This document shows positions 26,757 through 36,449 of a DNA stretch of 64,000 nucleotides, one piece after another. The position numbers and the translations under genes were made by a program. How positions within the stretch are numbered: the first letter of the stretch is position 1; every line of letters starts with the position of its first letter. Below the pieces are notes generated by a model. It searched no databases and was not told the origin of the DNA. It saw only the letters and a program-made list of their open reading frames with translations. This stretch comes from a virus, in IMG/VR virus record IMGVR_UViG_3300017990_000016. The stretch is one strand, 5' to 3'.

Positions 26757-29092
26757 GTATAATCACCCAAATTACTTTGGCCTCTTATTTTTTGTCTTAT
26801 ATCTTCAACATTAAGGTTTATTATTTTACAAACTTGGTCAATTTTCATGAACATAATTCTGTCTAATTGTTTTGCCCAATCAATTTTGAAATGATTTAGC
26901 ATTGTTTTTTGTGAACCTAAATCAAAAGCAACAATATCAGTTTCTGGCACTTGTTTATCTTTATTTTTCACGTACATAATTTTAATGTAATCAGTTCTTT
27001 TGAAATGAGTTCCAAGATATTTATTTGAATATTTAGCAGCTCTTACATGATATGCGTTACCTTCATATTCCTCTAATTTTTTGGCTATTCTAATTGTGAA
27101 TCCAATATCCATTAAGTCTTGTTTTTTGCAATTCTTGATTGTATCTTTAATATAATCTCTAAGCTCTTCTTTTGTTTTTAAGTCAAGAACCTTCCTATAA
27201 AAATTCACTAAAAACTTCCTCATATATAGTGGTGTGTCTCTTTTTATTCCTTCAAATCCTGTAATTCTTACAACTGGTTCTATGAACTTATCTCCATCAT
27301 GAACAAGCAAAGCAAAATACCGTGCTTCTGCCTCTGTGAATACTGCGCTTTTAAAGAATTTCTCAAAATCTATTTCTATGAAATTGTTTGTAATACCAAA
27401 TTTTTCTGTATATTTTTTTACTCTTTCATTGATTTTATCTTGAAGTTCTTTTGCCTTTTCAATACATGTTTCAATAGAAAAATCATCTGGCAATTTAACC
27501 ATTACCGAGTCCGTATGCCCATACACAACCTCATATCCAAGCTCTTCACATACTTTTTTACTTACCTTAAATAAATTCCTACCAACATACGTAATTGTGC
27601 TTGCAATATCTCTATCATACAACCTAAAGTTAGTATAGCCAAATACTCCATAAAAGCTATTTACTATAGTTTTTATACTTGTTTCTTTATCATAAGCTGC
27701 AAGATATTCAATAGAATTAAATTTTAATTTATTCCTTTCTTTCTTCCATTTGTATCTTTCTGCAATTAAGTTCTTTACTATTTTACTAGCAAAACCTTCT
27801 TTGTCTAATGAAAATTTTACATTGTTGACTTCAATATTATTGCCCTCAATATTCTTAACTTCAGGACTAGTATTGAATGTAATCATTATACTTGGGTACA
27901 TAGATTTAAAATCAAATCCTGCTACATTTTTTACTAATCCAACTCCTTTTGTATAAATCTCTGCACCTTCATATTTCTCATTATCTACAAACCTATTAGC
28001 AGTTGGCAATATAATATTATTGTCTTTAGCATATTTCAATATATAGTTATCAATCAATCTTGAACTTGTCATCACATCTTCCATACTACAAAATCCCATT
28101 TTCTTGATTTCATTCATAAAATTGAATAGCTTTAATTTATCTTCAATTGCTAAAAGCAATTCTACATCTCTTTGATTATATTCAATTGTTTTGTTTAAGT
28201 CTTTTACCCACATATCTGCTAAACTCATATCATCATCAAGCTGATATTTTTGGCCAAGTTCTTCGTACTCAGATACTGCTTTTAAAGAATAGCTTTCTAA
28301 TTTTTTTGATGGATTAAATGCTTTGATATATTGAAACTTTATGTAGACTTTCATCAAATCAATCAAATCAATTCCGTCAATAGATATTGAAATATTATCA
28401 TCAAACTTATTCAACTTAACCCAATTGAATCTTGACATTTTCATTGGATTGACATGAAGTTTTTTCATCCTATTAATAATATAATGAAAGTCAAAATTGA
28501 TGACATTCCATCCTGTAATAATTTCTGGCCAAGTGTGTCTTAAATATCTAATAAACATTTCTAACATATCTTTCTCTTTATTGAAAAAATATGTTGTTCT
28601 TTCTTCAGTCTTTTCAATCCTATCTTTTTGGTCTTGCCTCCAAGTAAATACAAAATATTTTTTTAGAATTGTATCGTAACATGTCATTACCGTAATTGGA
28701 TATTTTGCTTCCTCTGGATGTGGAAATCCTTCACGAGCATCACATTCAATATCTATATAACAAATTCTATACTCATAATTATGTTTGTTATGGTCTACTC
28801 TATCAATCAAATACCTATTACGATATAATACATCACCTTCAAAAGTATCAGTATAATATTCGCGTAATTGTCTAATGTAGAACGGTCTTCGTGCTATTAT
28901 CTTTTTTAGCTTATCACCAAAAATAGAATAATATTCACCATATTCTTCTTTTACTATTCTATGGTCTTTTAAGCTCTCCTCATTTTCTTTGACGAAAAAG
29001 TAAGGTTGAAAATCACTGATTTTCCGTACTATCTTTTTACCATTTTCCCTGTATATTTCATACACAAGGCTCCCATAAGTTTTTATTATCAT
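26753..29092 (-). CDS. polB: family-B DNA polymerase (exonuclease-proficient)
   Basis: Exo I YIDIECD, Exo II GWNVINFDFHY, Exo III YNQRDVELL. Pol A DFKSMYPSIM, Pol B KTIVNSFYG, Pol C YGHTDSVMV. Confidence 0.9.
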   Translation of the reverse strand: MIIKTYGSLVYEIYRENGKKIVRKISDFQPYFFVKENEESLKDHRIVKEEYGEYYSIFGDKLKKIIARRPFYIRQLREYYTDTFEGDVLYRNRYLIDRVDHNKHNYEYRICYIDIECDAREGFPHPEEAKYPITVMTCYDTILKKYFVFTWRQDQKDRIEKTEERTTYFFNKEKDMLEMFIRYLRHTWPEIITGWNVINFDFHYIINRMKKLHVNPMKMSRFNWVKLNKFDDNISISIDGIDLIDLMKVYIKFQYIKAFNPSKKLESYSLKAVSEYEELGQKYQLDDDMSLADMWVKDLNKTIEYNQRDVELLLAIEDKLKLFNFMNEIKKMGFCSMEDVMTSSRLIDNYILKYAKDNNIILPTANRFVDNEKYEGAEIYTKGVGLVKNVAGFDFKSMYPSIMITFNTSPEVKNIEGNNIEVNNVKFSLDKEGFASKIVKNLIAERYKWKKERNKLKFNSIEYLAAYDKETSIKTIVNSFYGVFGYTNFRLYDRDIASTITYVGRNLFKVSKKVCEELGYEVVYGHTDSVMVKLPDDFSIETCIEKAKELQDKINERVKKYTEKFGITNNFIEIDFEKFFKSAVFTEAEARYFALLVHDGDKFIEPVVRITGFEGIKRDTPLYMRKFLVNFYRKVLDLKTKEELRDYIKDTIKNCKKQDLMDIGFTIRIAKKLEEYEGNAYHVRAAKYSNKYLGTHFKRTDYIKIMYVKNKDKQVPETDIVAFDLGSQKTMLNHFKIDWAKQLDRIMFMKIDQVCKIINLNVEDIRQKIRGQSNLGDYT

Positions 29093-29095
29093 TGA

Positions 29096-29557
29096 TTATA
29101 ATCCTAATGAAATAATCACCCTTTGAGCAGCTTTGTCTGGTTTTGTTGCTGTAGTTTCAACTATTAAGGGTACAATATTTGTTGATTTGTAATAATAATC
29201 ATAAAGATTCATTAAAGGTAAAATATCATCTGGCGTAATATCAGTCTCATTCCTTTCTTTCATTCTTTTCATTATTACTGAAGGTGTGGCTGTTGTATAC
29301 ACAAAAAATACTTCATCAACTAAATCAAGTTCATTGACTAAATCAATATATGATTTATAGAATGAATGTCTTTTGTGTGAGCCATAAACCATATTTGTAA
29401 ATGGTCCCCTATCAATAAGTATATGTTTGAATTCTGTTTTTTCGTGTATGTTCTGTATTAATGTTGATTTTCCAGTACAATCAACTCCATCAAAAAATAT
29501 AATCTTAGTTTTTGTTTGTAAGTCAAAATTGGAAATTGGACAAGGTACTTTTATCAT
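29096..29557 (-). CDS. (d)NMP kinase, thymidylate-kinase-like
   Basis: P-loop FFDGVDCTGKST. DRGPFTNMVYGS resembles the TMK DRY/S motif. Confidence 0.55.
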   Translation of the reverse strand: MIKVPCPISNFDLQTKTKIIFFDGVDCTGKSTLIQNIHEKTEFKHILIDRGPFTNMVYGSHKRHSFYKSYIDLVNELDLVDEVFFVYTTATPSVIMKRMKERNETDITPDDILPLMNLYDYYYKSTNIVPLIVETTATKPDKAAQRVIISLGL

Positions 29558-30140
29558 TTTTTATGCTTTCCTCCAGTTTGTTTAATTCCTCAATTTCCTG
29601 TTCAACAGCTCTATCTGATTTGAACCTGAAATAGTATGATGGGTGATTTATGTGAAAAGTTCTGTGTTGTAGATTGAATCTTTCAAGATGCTTTTTTACT
29701 AAGTGCCCCATTGATACAATATAATGAGGTTTTATTACACCTATTTCCAATTCAAGTAGGTATCTACAAGTATTTATATATTTATCTTTCAATTCTGTAT
29801 TTTTGTCCGTAGAGCATTTCACCAAGTTAGTTATGAAAATTGTATATTTCATTAGTTTGGTCTTCCTCAAAACATAGTCAAAAAAATCCCCCGATGTTTG
29901 TATGTCTTTTAGATTCTTACTTGGTGATACTCCTTCAAATGCTCTACGTTTATCATCAAATCTGCGGTAACTTGGATTCATTCCTATAAGCAATAATTTT
30001 TTTGAACCTATAACTTTATTCTTTAGATTAGTCAATAATTTACCATATTCAGGATGTTCCTTTGTGTGAACATTATATACTAAAGTATTCAGTTCACATT
30101 TCTTACAGGAATCGATTGCTTCAAATACTCTGTTTGGCAT
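29523..30140 (-). CDS. uracil-DNA glycosylase family-4-like protein
   Basis: N-terminal CKKCE plus two distal Cys. LLLIGMNPS...RRAFEG resembles GEGPG...PFVG. C-terminal HINHPSYYFR matches the HPS motif. Confidence 0.5.
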   Translation of the reverse strand: MPNRVFEAIDSCKKCELNTLVYNVHTKEHPEYGKLLTNLKNKVIGSKKLLLIGMNPSYRRFDDKRRAFEGVSPSKNLKDIQTSGDFFDYVLRKTKLMKYTIFITNLVKCSTDKNTELKDKYINTCRYLLELEIGVIKPHYIVSMGHLVKKHLERFNLQHRTFHINHPSYYFRFKSDRAVEQEIEELNKLEESIKNDKSTLSNFQF

Positions 30141-30487
30141 CTTATAATTTCACCTTTTTTCCTATACTCAATATAATGTAAGTATTCTAATACTTTCATT
30201 GGATAAAAATAATAAGTATGATAATCTTTTCTTCTTCCGTAGAATTCTTCTTCTGTTATGTTTAATCCCTTTCTTTCAATAATTTCAGAAAATATTTTTT
30301 TTGCATTTGTTGAATTATTATTTTCAGTTAAATCATTAATTATATCTTTAACAAATTCAACATCTTTATTTAAAGTTCTATGGGCATCTTGTTCTATTTT
30401 TCCACTTCTTCTAAACGAAAAACCTACCCAAGTATCTTTTGAGCCATCATACTTGAATTCCATTTTATATCCCATCTTAAACACCAC
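30089..30487 (-). CDS. hypothetical protein
   Basis: 132-aa ORF. Overlaps the UDG-like start. Confidence 0.4.
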   Translation of the reverse strand: MVFKMGYKMEFKYDGSKDTWVGFSFRRSGKIEQDAHRTLNKDVEFVKDIINDLTENNNSTNAKKIFSEIIERKGLNITEEEFYGRRKDYHTYYFYPMKVLEYLHYIEYRKKGEIIRCQTEYLKQSIPVRNVN

Positions 30488-30617
30488 GTCTTTTTACGAA
30501 AATATATACACCCTTAGTTTCACTATATCTTTCAAATCTGTATATTGTTAAATCAACTTTATTTGCTTCTTCAGCTGACTGACATTCTACAAAGTTTGGT
30601 TGCATGTTTATCACCTA

Positions 30618-31598
30618 TTATTTTTTACTAAATAGCTCTTTATCAATTGGGTCCAAATCATCCCATTCTAAATCTTTCCAATTAGGACCTGGTATTTTGA
30701 TATTCAATTTTCTAGCTACATAATCAAGGTTAGTACAAGGTTCTTGATTTAAAGCTATACCTTTCTGCATTGTAATATCTTCTTGAGTTGCATGTCTACC
30801 ATCTGAAATATGTGGTATACCAAGTATCTCCCAAAATCCATTAACTGCAAGTGTAGTATCCTTTCTTGACCAATCACATGTTGGCCTCATATAATGCGCA
30901 AGTAAAGGAAATGCCTTTAAAACTTCATCACGCAATTTATATGCAATTCCAACACAATCTTCCATCTCAGTTGTTTGCATTCTTCTAGAACATAATTCTT
31001 GTAGTGCTTTATAATTAATACTCATTATGAATCTGTGTGATGCGTATAATCCTGTAGCACATCTAGCAGCCCAATTTGGTATCCCAGCTTTTTGAATTTG
31101 TTTGTATAGACTTTTATTCCTTCCAACAACCCATTTGTATTTTTCTGCTGACTCTGTATCCTTAATTCTTGAAGGTATAATATAATCAAGGTGGTTTAAG
31201 TCATTATCTTTCCATCCTTTACTAGCAAATACCACACCAATTCTAGCTCTTGCAATTTGGTCAAAAACTGCTCTTGAACAATTCTCAATACTAAAAGCAA
31301 AAGCTGGTGCTTCAAGTGCTAACGGAAGTGCCTTCCTGTCAAGTACACTTTTGACAACATAAAATCTTGATATTGGACTTAAATTCTCCCATTTATCATT
31401 GTATGTTCCCCAAGTACAAAGTGCCATATTACACATTGTCTTATATGGATTTATTGAATTATCAGTAAGCTCAACTTTCAAATCTTTCAAATCCAAGAAT
31501 CTAGTCTTAGTTTCTTTTTCTTCATAACAAGCTTTTTTGATTTCTTCTCTCGTATTTTCATTCAACATCTTCTCTACCTCCAATTTTATCGACATCAA
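30618..31598 (-). CDS. ThyX (flavin-dependent thymidylate synthase)-like protein, divergent
   Basis: FSIENCSRAVFDQIARARIGVVFAS aligns to the ThyX SRA..Q..RHR(x7)S block, but RHR is replaced by RAR. SINYKALQELCSRRMQ aligns to the ThyX NxRELxxFxxLR block. Confidence 0.6.
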   Translation of the reverse strand: MMSIKLEVEKMLNENTREEIKKACYEEKETKTRFLDLKDLKVELTDNSINPYKTMCNMALCTWGTYNDKWENLSPISRFYVVKSVLDRKALPLALEAPAFAFSIENCSRAVFDQIARARIGVVFASKGWKDNDLNHLDYIIPSRIKDTESAEKYKWVVGRNKSLYKQIQKAGIPNWAARCATGLYASHRFIMSINYKALQELCSRRMQTTEMEDCVGIAYKLRDEVLKAFPLLAHYMRPTCDWSRKDTTLAVNGFWEILGIPHISDGRHATQEDITMQKGIALNQEPCTNLDYVARKLNIKIPGPNWKDLEWDDLDPIDKELFSKK

Positions 31599-32091
31599 GT
31601 TTCATCATAATTTCTTCCATTCTTTTTACTGAACCTTCATATACTTCTCTCATATAACCTTCATTTCCAAGCTTAATTTCGCTTTGGCTATATTGTATAC
31701 AACTTATAATGTCAGCAAGCTGGACAATCAATCCCTCTGTAGTTTCTCCGGTATTAAACTCATCATTCAACTTTCCAAGGTCTTTTCCAAAGTATTTTTC
31801 CCAGACAATTTTTTCAGCATCAGTAATTGCTTCTTTAATTTTAGGAAACATCTTACTTACATTGTGTTGGACATCACTTACATAAACTTCAGGTAAATCA
31901 TGTGTGATAGCCATTATCAATGCCTTTTTCAAGTTGAATTCATAATACCTTCGTAATTCCAAGACAATTAATGTAACAAAAGCAGAATGCTCAGCAACAC
32001 TTTCATCTTTTATTCTTATAGAATTATTATACCTAATCAGGTCCCTGAGCTTATAAATCCTATTAGCATAAGTTACTATTTCTTCTCGCAT
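31558..32091 (-). CDS. HD-domain 5'-deoxynucleotidase (YfbR-like)
   Basis: ESVAEHSAFV, AITHDLPEV and IVQLADIIS align with YfbR NVSEHSLQVA, MYHDASEV and VKQADALCA. Confidence 0.75.
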   Translation of the reverse strand: MREEIVTYANRIYKLRDLIRYNNSIRIKDESVAEHSAFVTLIVLELRRYYEFNLKKALIMAITHDLPEVYVSDVQHNVSKMFPKIKEAITDAEKIVWEKYFGKDLGKLNDEFNTGETTEGLIVQLADIISCIQYSQSEIKLGNEGYMREVYEGSVKRMEEIMMKLDVDKIGGREDVE

Positions 32092-32098
32092 TTTTCAC

Positions 32099-32530
32099 CT
32101 ATTCTATTTTTCCTTCGTAAGGTTCTCTAAATTCTCCTTCTCTCAGAAATCTCTTGATTGCCTTTTTGAGTTGTTCATACGTAGTCGTTGCTATCATTCC
32201 ACTCGAACTCAACATTAAATTGAATTTACCTTTTACATGTTGATTAAAGTATATTATTGGAACGTCGACAGCATATGCCACACCCGCCTCAAAGATTGTT
32301 CCCATATCTTTATTGTTTGTATTACAGATTATAAAATCCGCCCCATTTATTTCTGTAATATTTTGATGGAAAATTTCCATTCGGGTCTTATCATCAGCAT
32401 CTGGTGGACATATTATTTCGTCTTTTGGAGAATAGAATTTAACCTTTAATTCACGTAATATCTTCTTAATCTCCTCAACTTCTTCAAGCTGTTCTGGATT
32501 AAAGAATGGACTTGCTATGTAACATCTCAT
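32099..32530 (-). CDS. nucleoside 2-deoxyribosyltransferase (NDT) family protein
   Basis: CYIASPFFNPEQ (compare IYFGAGWFTDRQ). DMGTIFEAGVAYA (compare DVGLGMELGYA, the catalytic Glu context). Confidence 0.65.
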   Translation of the reverse strand: MRCYIASPFFNPEQLEEVEEIKKILRELKVKFYSPKDEIICPPDADDKTRMEIFHQNITEINGADFIICNTNNKDMGTIFEAGVAYAVDVPIIYFNQHVKGKFNLMLSSSGMIATTTYEQLKKAIKRFLREGEFREPYEGKIE

Positions 32531-32916
32531 TCCAGTTCTCCCCTATTTTTTAGGTATATAAGAGTTTTTTCTGCCCTAACTTTAAGATATTCTTTGTCTC
32601 TTTCTTTGAATTCTTCTTTCAATTCAGATGTAATCTTGTCAATATCTGTAACTCCTTCTTTGGCCAAGTCCCTAATCATACCTGCAATAGTTTTACTATG
32701 TTCTCTTTCTTTTGGTTCCTCTTTTTTCTCTTCTTCTTTTGGTTCCTCTTCTTTTGGCTCATCTTCCAAACTTACCGATGTAGTTGGTTCGTCTGTCTTT
32801 ACTGGATTTTTTGCTTCCCATTCAGCAAAATCTTCTGGGCTCATTTTCTCTTTTAGGTGTGCCCTATACTCTTCATCAGTCATTTGCTTTGACTCATTCT
32901 TTGGTTCTTCGTCCAT
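32527..32916 (-). CDS. acidic K/E-rich protein, unknown
   Basis: 129 aa with EEPKEEE repeats. Confidence 0.45.
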   Translation of the reverse strand: MDEEPKNESKQMTDEEYRAHLKEKMSPEDFAEWEAKNPVKTDEPTTSVSLEDEPKEEEPKEEEKKEEPKEREHSKTIAGMIRDLAKEGVTDIDKITSELKEEFKERDKEYLKVRAEKTLIYLKNRGELE

Positions 32917-32927
32917 TTTATAACCTC

Positions 32928-33755
32928 CTAGTTTCTAACTGATTTAAATTTTTCATACCAATTTTTCTGGTAAGCATGCATTGTTCCTGTTGCCTTTTTT
33001 CCACGGTCTCCTACAATTCTAAAGTAATGTTGAGCATTTGATTCTCCGATATATACAATTGTATTAAACTTATAACTTAACCTACCTTGTCCGGCAGGTT
33101 TTACTCCAAGTTCAACAAAATTCTTTGATGCTTCATTAACTTTGCCTTTAGACATTGCCATTTCAACTTCCATATCTTTTTCTGCGCAAACAGCCAGAAC
33201 ATTACATTTTGGTCTTAGTACTAGATTATCAATAATGAAGTTATCTAGCTTTTTGATATACTGCCATTTCTGGCCATCAAACATACCAAATTTCTTAGTG
33301 TCTTTTGCGCTTCTGACAATATACATTGTTACATCTCCACCTGAAGCATCTTCAATGAATTTATTCTGAGCCATATCCCAGAAATCACTCATTAAGTCAA
33401 CAACAATCCAGTCATTTGGTTTGCTTATTTGCTTTATATTTGGTAATAACCTATGTGCCTCATTAATACTTTCAACAAAGTAGTATATAACTTTGTCTTT
33501 CACATCATCAATCTTGTCAGCAAAATATTGTTTGAATGTCCTAGCAACTCCACCATCAGTATTTAATATCCTAACTACACTTCCAGATTTGACTACTTCT
33601 TCAATCAATGAGCAATATGCCCAAGTTTTACCTATCTTAGCAGAGCCAAATAATAGTATAGTTTCTTTCTCATCTTCTAACCATTCAGTTGAAGATGGAA
33701 TCGTCATCGTCTGCGAATGGGTCGGTTGGGAATTGGTCTCCTCCAGTAGACTCAT
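32928..33755 (-). CDS. RecA-fold P-loop ATPase (AAA_24/Sak4-like candidate recombination ATPase)
   Basis: Walker A LLFGSAKIGKT. Walker B DWIVVDLMSD. About 260 aa. Adjacent to a putative SSB. Confidence 0.5.
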   Translation of the reverse strand: MSLLEETNSQPTHSQTMTIPSSTEWLEDEKETILLFGSAKIGKTWAYCSLIEEVVKSGSVVRILNTDGGVARTFKQYFADKIDDVKDKVIYYFVESINEAHRLLPNIKQISKPNDWIVVDLMSDFWDMAQNKFIEDASGGDVTMYIVRSAKDTKKFGMFDGQKWQYIKKLDNFIIDNLVLRPKCNVLAVCAEKDMEVEMAMSKGKVNEASKNFVELGVKPAGQGRLSYKFNTIVYIGESNAQHYFRIVGDRGKKATGTMHAYQKNWYEKFKSVRN

Positions 33756-34932
33756 TTTTTACCTCCGGTTCTTTTTTCTCTTCTTTCTTTTCAGGTACTG
33801 GTGCTATTGTTACTTTGGGTTTTTCTTCTGCGGGTTTTTCTTCTTCTTCTTCTGTAAACTTCTCATCACTAACTTCTTCCATTACAATTCTTTCTGCTTC
33901 GAATTTAGGCAAGCTACCAAGATATTGTAATGATATATTACCATCTTTTTCATTTGGTGTTGCAGAAATTATAACATCAGTTGTTCCATCTCTGTAATCT
34001 TTGAATCCTTCAGGTACCCAGACTGTAGTTCCCCAGCTAAAATTATCATCTTCTGGAGATAATAATACATCATCAACATTATTCAATGTCAATCTGCCAC
34101 TTCTGCCTTCTCCCGGGTCAACAGTTTCAATAAATGCATCTTTTACGAAAACAATTTTTGCTTCTGGTTTCAATTCATACCAAGTTTGAAGGTCATCAAT
34201 ACTATCAATCGCATAATCTCCCCAGAATTTGTCAATTAACGTCAATGCTTTTTCATATGGTATTTTCTTAGAATCTTCTTTCAAATAAGACCAGTTTTTG
34301 TTTCTGCAGTACAATTGTAGAATTCCATCTTCTGTTTCTTTTGAGCCATTTGCATATATTATTATTTCTTCAAAAAGCGGAAGTTTCATCTTTGCAACTT
34401 CTTTTTGAAAGGCAATGTATACAGGTTTGAATTCGTCTGTGTCTTCCTTCTTGAATATACCATATCCAAAAGACCTTAATTCTTCTTCAGGTTGAACTTT
34501 TCTTTTTTCTACAGATAGAAGATTTCCCATTTTGTCTTGATATTTAAATCCGGCAATTTTTCTGGAATCGTGATTATACCATAATGGGTTTCCTTTTTCA
34601 TCAACACTTCCAATTCTTATCATTCCTTTCCTAACTTCTTCGTCTCCAATATCCCACATTTTCTTTATCTCATTATAATATTCTCTAGCTCCAAAGTCTG
34701 TTGCTTCTGATTTACCAAGAAGAATACCTTCAAATTTGAATTGTGGATTTCTTTTGAACGAAGAAGAAATCTGCATTTTTGCCTTGAATTCAATTAACTC
34801 TTGTGGAATTCTCATTGATTTGAATCCTTCATATGTCTTATCAAACATTTCTTGAAGTTTGTCAATACTAATATCGTGTTTCTTACTCATTTCTTCTAGA
34901 AACTGTTTTACACTAATTTCTTTTATACCCAT
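33685..34932 (-). CDS. putative ssDNA-binding protein with acidic C-terminal tail (uncertain)
   Basis: 415 aa. C-terminal E/K-rich linker ends FADDDDSIFN, resembling SSB/gp32 acidic tails. Sits next to the RecA-like ATPase. Confidence 0.3.
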   Translation of the reverse strand: MGIKEISVKQFLEEMSKKHDISIDKLQEMFDKTYEGFKSMRIPQELIEFKAKMQISSSFKRNPQFKFEGILLGKSEATDFGAREYYNEIKKMWDIGDEEVRKGMIRIGSVDEKGNPLWYNHDSRKIAGFKYQDKMGNLLSVEKRKVQPEEELRSFGYGIFKKEDTDEFKPVYIAFQKEVAKMKLPLFEEIIIYANGSKETEDGILQLYCRNKNWSYLKEDSKKIPYEKALTLIDKFWGDYAIDSIDDLQTWYELKPEAKIVFVKDAFIETVDPGEGRSGRLTLNNVDDVLLSPEDDNFSWGTTVWVPEGFKDYRDGTTDVIISATPNEKDGNISLQYLGSLPKFEAERIVMEEVSDEKFTEEEEEKPAEEKPKVTIAPVPEKKEEKKEPEVKNESTGGDQFPTDPFADDDDSIFN

Positions 34933-35078
34933 TTTTCGACCTCCTTAGAATTTGACTATAGTATCTAGTTTTGAATATCGTCACTTAATTTACCTCCGTG
35001 AACTTCAAATAATGTAAAATATTGTAAGATTTGGTGCTATATATATATTTATATAATTCAATATATATAACGAAATAT

Positions 35079-36449
35079 CTATGTTCTAACTAAAAATTTC
35101 ACATTCTTTGCTCCTCTCTCCACATGAATAAGATTTTGGTTAATCATCTTATGCACTATTGTTCTTGATTTATCATAACTTATATCGAATTTCTTCCTAA
35201 GCAAATCAACAAAAGTAGTTATATTCAATTTCTCTCTGCTTTTCTTGAATTCTAATAATGCCTTTGACAACTGAAAACTCATACCCTTTTCTTCCAATTG
35301 TAAACCTTCTATTACTGACTTTGCCATTTCAAAGTATATCCAATCTTTTGACATTAAGGTAGGAAGAACATGCTCTTTTGTTATTTCAGTTTCTCCTCTA
35401 AGAGCACATCTAATTCCAGCTGTCTTATAGATAATGTCAGTTATAGTTTGGGAGAAACTAAGAGCAACTGGAAATTTCTCTCCTGTAACTTCTGTTTTTA
35501 CTCTATCTAAAAATTGGTTAGTTAACTCTTTCTTCATATCTACTGCAGATTTTGTTAGTGTCAATGAAACTGGTTCTTTTGTATCTATCTTTTTCAGCAT
35601 TTTTACAACTTGTCTTTTCAATTTTCTATAATTATCGAATGATTGTCCATTCAAAGCTTCTTCATCTTGATAATCTCTCATTTCTTGTACTTCTTCTATT
35701 GTAAGATTTCTAACCAAGAATTGGCACCTTTGGAAGAATCCTTGTTCTGTAATTGCCCTTTCCATACCCTTATATGCATATGAAGTCATCATTAATGTAG
35801 GAAAACATTCATACATAATTTCTCCCTTAGCTAATCTTTTATATACTCTACCGGGATAGTCTAATACTGGTTGAAGGTCAGTGAGAAGTTGTTCTGAATA
35901 TGCTCTCTCACTAAATACTTTCTTTGCTTCAGGTACAAAGATAATATCCTTTGTACATAAATCTCCATATATAACTGGGTCTTTGTATTCATAATCTCTA
36001 TGTCTACCTTCTATGTAAGGATTTTCAGGAGAAAGTCCATATTTAATATTATGTTTTTGTGCTTCTGTATCAATAGTACCAATTAGACCGGCAGTAGTAA
36101 AGTCAGTTTCCATTGTATATGATATGCTTAAATCTTTACATATATCTTCTGCCACTTTGAATAATTGTCCCTTTCCAGTTCTACTAGGTTGAAGCCATAT
36201 GAAACTTAACCTTAAGTCTATTTCATTTGCTCCTAATCTTATTTTTACATTCTTCAGATATGCTCCCATCAATGAATAAAAAATCATCCTTGCTGGTACT
36301 TCATTATTGAAACTTACTAGAGAAGACATTTCTACAAATTTATCTTCTATTTCTTTCATAGATTCTATATCTTCTTCAAAGTTTTTATCTTCTTCTTCTG
36401 CTTCTAGAATTTCTTGATATTTCTCTATATCTAAGTCAAAGTTCTCCAT
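35079..36449 (-). CDS. hypothetical protein with C-terminal winged helix (candidate replication initiator next to AT-rich region)
   Basis: 456 aa with a C-terminal wHTH-like segment. TGKGQ is not a canonical Walker A. Confidence 0.5.
   Translation of the reverse strand: MENFDLDIEKYQEILEAEEEDKNFEEDIESMKEIEDKFVEMSSLVSFNNEVPARMIFYSLMGAYLKNVKIRLGANEIDLRLSFIWLQPSRTGKGQLFKVAEDICKDLSISYTMETDFTTAGLIGTIDTEAQKHNIKYGLSPENPYIEGRHRDYEYKDPVIYGDLCTKDIIFVPEAKKVFSERAYSEQLLTDLQPVLDYPGRVYKRLAKGEIMYECFPTLMMTSYAYKGMERAITEQGFFQRCQFLVRNLTIEEVQEMRDYQDEEALNGQSFDNYRKLKRQVVKMLKKIDTKEPVSLTLTKSAVDMKKELTNQFLDRVKTEVTGEKFPVALSFSQTITDIIYKTAGIRCALRGETEITKEHVLPTLMSKDWIYFEMAKSVIEGLQLEEKGMSFQLSKALLEFKKSREKLNITTFVDLLRKKFDISYDKSRTIVHKMINQNLIHVERGAKNVKFLVRT

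Noticed and set aside
27299-28679. Plus-strand ORFs inside the PolB gene
   Set aside because: They lie opposite a gene with all six polymerase motifs intact. Spurious.
26753-29092. Protein-primed or pipolin-type PolB
   Set aside because: An adjacent AEP primase and a standard motif complement argue for conventional RNA-primed replication. No terminal-protein gene was seen.
35079-36449. AAA+/helicase call for the 456-aa protein
   Set aside because: TGKGQ lacks the GxxxxGK[ST] spacing and there is no Walker B. Only a C-terminal wHTH is supportable.
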